From positions 10,912,001 through 10,976,000 of the forward strand of contig OU015568.1 of NCBI GenBank assembly GCA_907165135.1: 64,000 nt of DNA, read 5' to 3'. Within the stretch, counting starts at the first letter, position 1. The number at the start of each line of letters is the position of its first letter. Under the pieces are notes generated by a model. That model was not told the DNA's origin. It worked only from the letters and a program-made list of their open reading frames with translations, and ran no database searches. This document shows, piece after piece, positions 61,406 to 64,000 of the stretch. The stretch is from Oikopleura dioica (taxonomy: Eukaryota; Animalia; Chordata). A program made the position numbers and the translations under genes.

Positions 61406-63556
61406 CTAGTCAGAGTCACCACCAAAGAGATCGCCCATTCCCATGTCTTGAGCAAAGCTCGATTTTGCAACTTTATCAGGAGCATCCACGTCCGAATCGT
61501 CTGAATCGTCCTCGGTAGAGTTCGCCAAATCAACAGTCTTTCGTTTCTCGGTGGCGGCTTTGACGGGGCTCTTTTCCTTTTCGGCCTCTTTTGTTGTAGA
61601 CAAGGCTTATTATGAAGAATGAAAATTGGGATGCTTATTCTTTTCATACCTTCTTTGAGAGTATTCAAAACGTCATAATTGATATTCGTACTGAAGCGCT
61701 TTTGCTTGATTACAGTTTGAAGTGCTTCTCCCGCAGTACTAGAACAACATAAAGTTCATCTTGTAATGAAAACTGATTTACCTGTATTCCGGAAGGCTAC
61801 TTTTGTTTCTCCTTTTCCGCGGTCTTTTCGCTTTTGGTGGATTAGTGGCTTCTTCAAGTTTCTTCTCTTCCTGGCGCTTCAGCCATTCTCTGTTTTCTTT
61901 TCTGTTCTCCCACATTTTTGTCTTTCGCTGAACTTCCGCATCGTTTAGGAGCATGCTCGAAATTTCATCATCGTCAATTCCTTAAGATAATAGTGAAGAA
62001 TTCTGCTCTGACACTATTTTAAAAACCTTCTAAATCGAGCTCGCCATCATGCGTGTCTGTTCGCGAAACTGCACTTTCCGTACTTGGCTCATTGAGGGAC
62101 AACATTTCCGCGTGCGTTCTAGTGATACCAAGCGATTCAACGGTGGGCTGATAACTTTCATCTGGCAGGTCGGGTGAGGCGAATCTTTCAGTCTCGGCTT
62201 TTGAGGTAGAGGCTATTTCGGTGGAAGCGGCAAAGCTCGGATTCAATCTGGCAAGAGCTTCTTCGGGTGTTTTCATCGGATCCAAGAAGCCGGCTTTGTG
62301 CACCATTTGCAGCTCGGGATCACTTGAAATTCGAGTGTTAAACGCATCACTTAATCGAATGAGCTCTTACCTAGGGATATCATCGCCAGTGGGATCTGCC
62401 TTCTTTGGACGTCGTTTTCTTTTCGAGGCGGCCTTTTTCTGATCTTCCGTCATCGCTTGATCGATTTCGGGAATCAGCGCTTCAGCTTCGGTTACTTGTC
62501 TGTCGATCTCTTCGTTGTCGAATTTCCGCGCTGCTTCTTCTTGCGCTTTTATAAAAGAAGGAGGATCGAATTCTGATTCCAAATCAATCCGGTTGAATTC
62601 GTCAATCGTCAACTTTGCTGACGGCGTAGCTCCGAATTCATGCAGGCGTTTTCTAATCGTATTCGGTCCGATTTTGAATACTTTTGTAATATCTTCGATG
62701 TTGCATTTGAAACCGTGCATTCTAGCGGCGATTACGAATGCAGCTCCACATATTCCGGCAGGCCGACGACCTTCAGTCATCCAATCCCTGTTCATTCGTT
62801 GAACAATTCGATTTGAAGTCTCCATCACTTCCTTGTTCTTTGTCCCGGAATCTCCGAAACCAAGTTGATGAGCAAATCGATGAATATAGAATGCTAAAAA
62901 TGAACCTTTAAAAACTTAGTCATTAAGAAAAGACTACCTGGATCGAGCATATGCGGTGTGATATTCAGCTCTTGGGAAAGTTTTAGGAACGTCTTTCCGA
63001 GAATATATACATTGACTTTCAGAACTTGCGAGAAATCGAGAAGCATGAGTTCGTTTTGCCGTGGATTCAGTCGACAAGATAAATAAACGCAGGATGCATA
63101 CACCTAAATGATCAGTTTCAAACTTGCCTTTCTTAATTTCTACCTGTTCGGCTCGTCGACCTCTAGTAAAAGATTTGTTAAGTGCGAGGCGATAATAATT
63201 ATAAGCTTCATCTTCGTGTTGCTTTGGCAAACGAAGCTCTGCGCACAGCCGACAAATTGCTTCCTTTGCTTTTCGAAGAGTCACTTCTCGGTGATTTCTC
63301 GAGCCGATGTGATTTACAGAGTTGTTCAATCCATCAGCAGAGTGGAAGGTTCCGATGATACTCGAACCACCTGCATCTTCGGAAAATTGAATGGACGATA
63401 CGACTTAAAATTGAGGTTAGGAACTTGGATTTGAGAAAACAGGACGTTACTTTGATTCTCTTCAGAAACAGCTCCGCAGTTGGTACAGACAACAGTCCCT
63501 GTAGTCGGGTCTTCTTCTGCCTCGTACTGACCGCACTTTTTACATTTCGTCCCCAT
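61406..63556 (-). CDS. BRF1: Transcription factor IIIB 90-kDa subunit
   Basis: Zinc ribbon MGTKCKKC...VVCTNCGAVSEEN, cyclin folds (FTRGRRAEQV, MLLDFSQVLKVNVYILGKTF, DWMTEGRRPAGICGAA, FDPPSF), BRF1-type C-terminal exons. Confidence 0.93.
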
Positions 63557-63650
63557 TTCTAAACTGGAAATTCTAGTGCTGCACATATTGAATCAGAAAT
63601 ATATGCAGAATATATGAAAAGAAGTTACAAGAAGAAAAAGTCATGTGATT

Positions 63651-64000
63651 TTACGATCTGGTGAAGGCTTTTTTCTGAGCTTCAAGAACAATGTCATCTG
63701 GCGAGAGAGTTGAAAAATCAAACAGTGATTCCGTTCTTGGATACTCAAGCATTGAATGCAGTTTCCAGCGGAGAAGGTCTTCTCTGTCAAATCTCGAAAA
63801 TTGGGAGTGAAAGTCAAGTGCTGCGGTTTTTTCAAGCTGCTGCGCGGAATTTTCTTTCGCGGTGAATTTTTTCGCGTTTGAGCAAAACTCGAGCGCGTAG
63901 AGAATATTTGAGCTGTTATTTTGCATTCTGCGTTTGGCGATTCTTCCACAGCTGCTCTTTTTGGCAGTGGAAAATGCATTTCCGTTGAATGGTGATTCAC
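63651..64000 (-). CDS. 3' portion of an unidentified gene running off the window
   Basis: Open frame ending ...AQKKAFTRS-stop ~95 bp before the BRF1 ATG. Confidence 0.4.
   Translation of the reverse strand, partial: ESPFNGNAFSTAKKSSCGRIAKRRMQNNSSNILYALEFCSNAKKFTAKENSAQQLEKTAALDFHSQFSRFDREDLLRWKLHSMLEYPRTESLFDFSTLSPDDIVLEAQKKAFTRS

Noticed and set aside
1-64000. Spliced-leader RNA, 5S rRNA or snRNA genes
   Set aside because: No matching sequence was recognised on either strand by eye; an Rfam scan would be needed to exclude them formally.

Overview
This is eukaryotic, gene-dense DNA with tiny introns (mostly 35-70 nt), several GA-AG introns and tightly packed same-strand gene runs. That pattern points to a larvacean tunicate such as Oikopleura dioica (inferred, not proven). 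Genes recognised by eye: RTRAF, NDUFAF1, CRBN, a divergent APC, tRNA-Pro(AGG), a GT43 glucuronosyltransferase, a Rab-effector domain gene, RFX, a coiled-coil RING gene, an arylsulfatase with a PLA2-like gene nested antisense in one intron, an ACOT/BAAT-family enzyme with a Cys nucleophile, a membrane dipeptidase, EPRS with six WHEP repeats, RPL10A, RPL22 and BRF1. Mobile DNA: a 2.45-kb foldback/MULE-like element (9-bp TSD) holding nested MITEs, and a 429-bp palindromic hAT-type MITE (8-bp TSD). A ~7.95-kb near-identical tandem duplication (39829-47780 / 47782-55724) copies the WHEP+ProRS half of EPRS. Best leads: (1) an APC orthologue with intact beta-catenin-binding repeats but degenerate Axin-binding SAMP motifs; (2) an rRNA-mimicking uL1-binding motif at the 3' splice site of an RPL10A intron; (3) the EPRS half-gene duplication; (4) the foldback element. 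Caveats: many 'M' starts in the ORF track are GTG/TTG, exon borders were placed by eye, and several 1-bp homopolymer frameshifts look like assembly errors.
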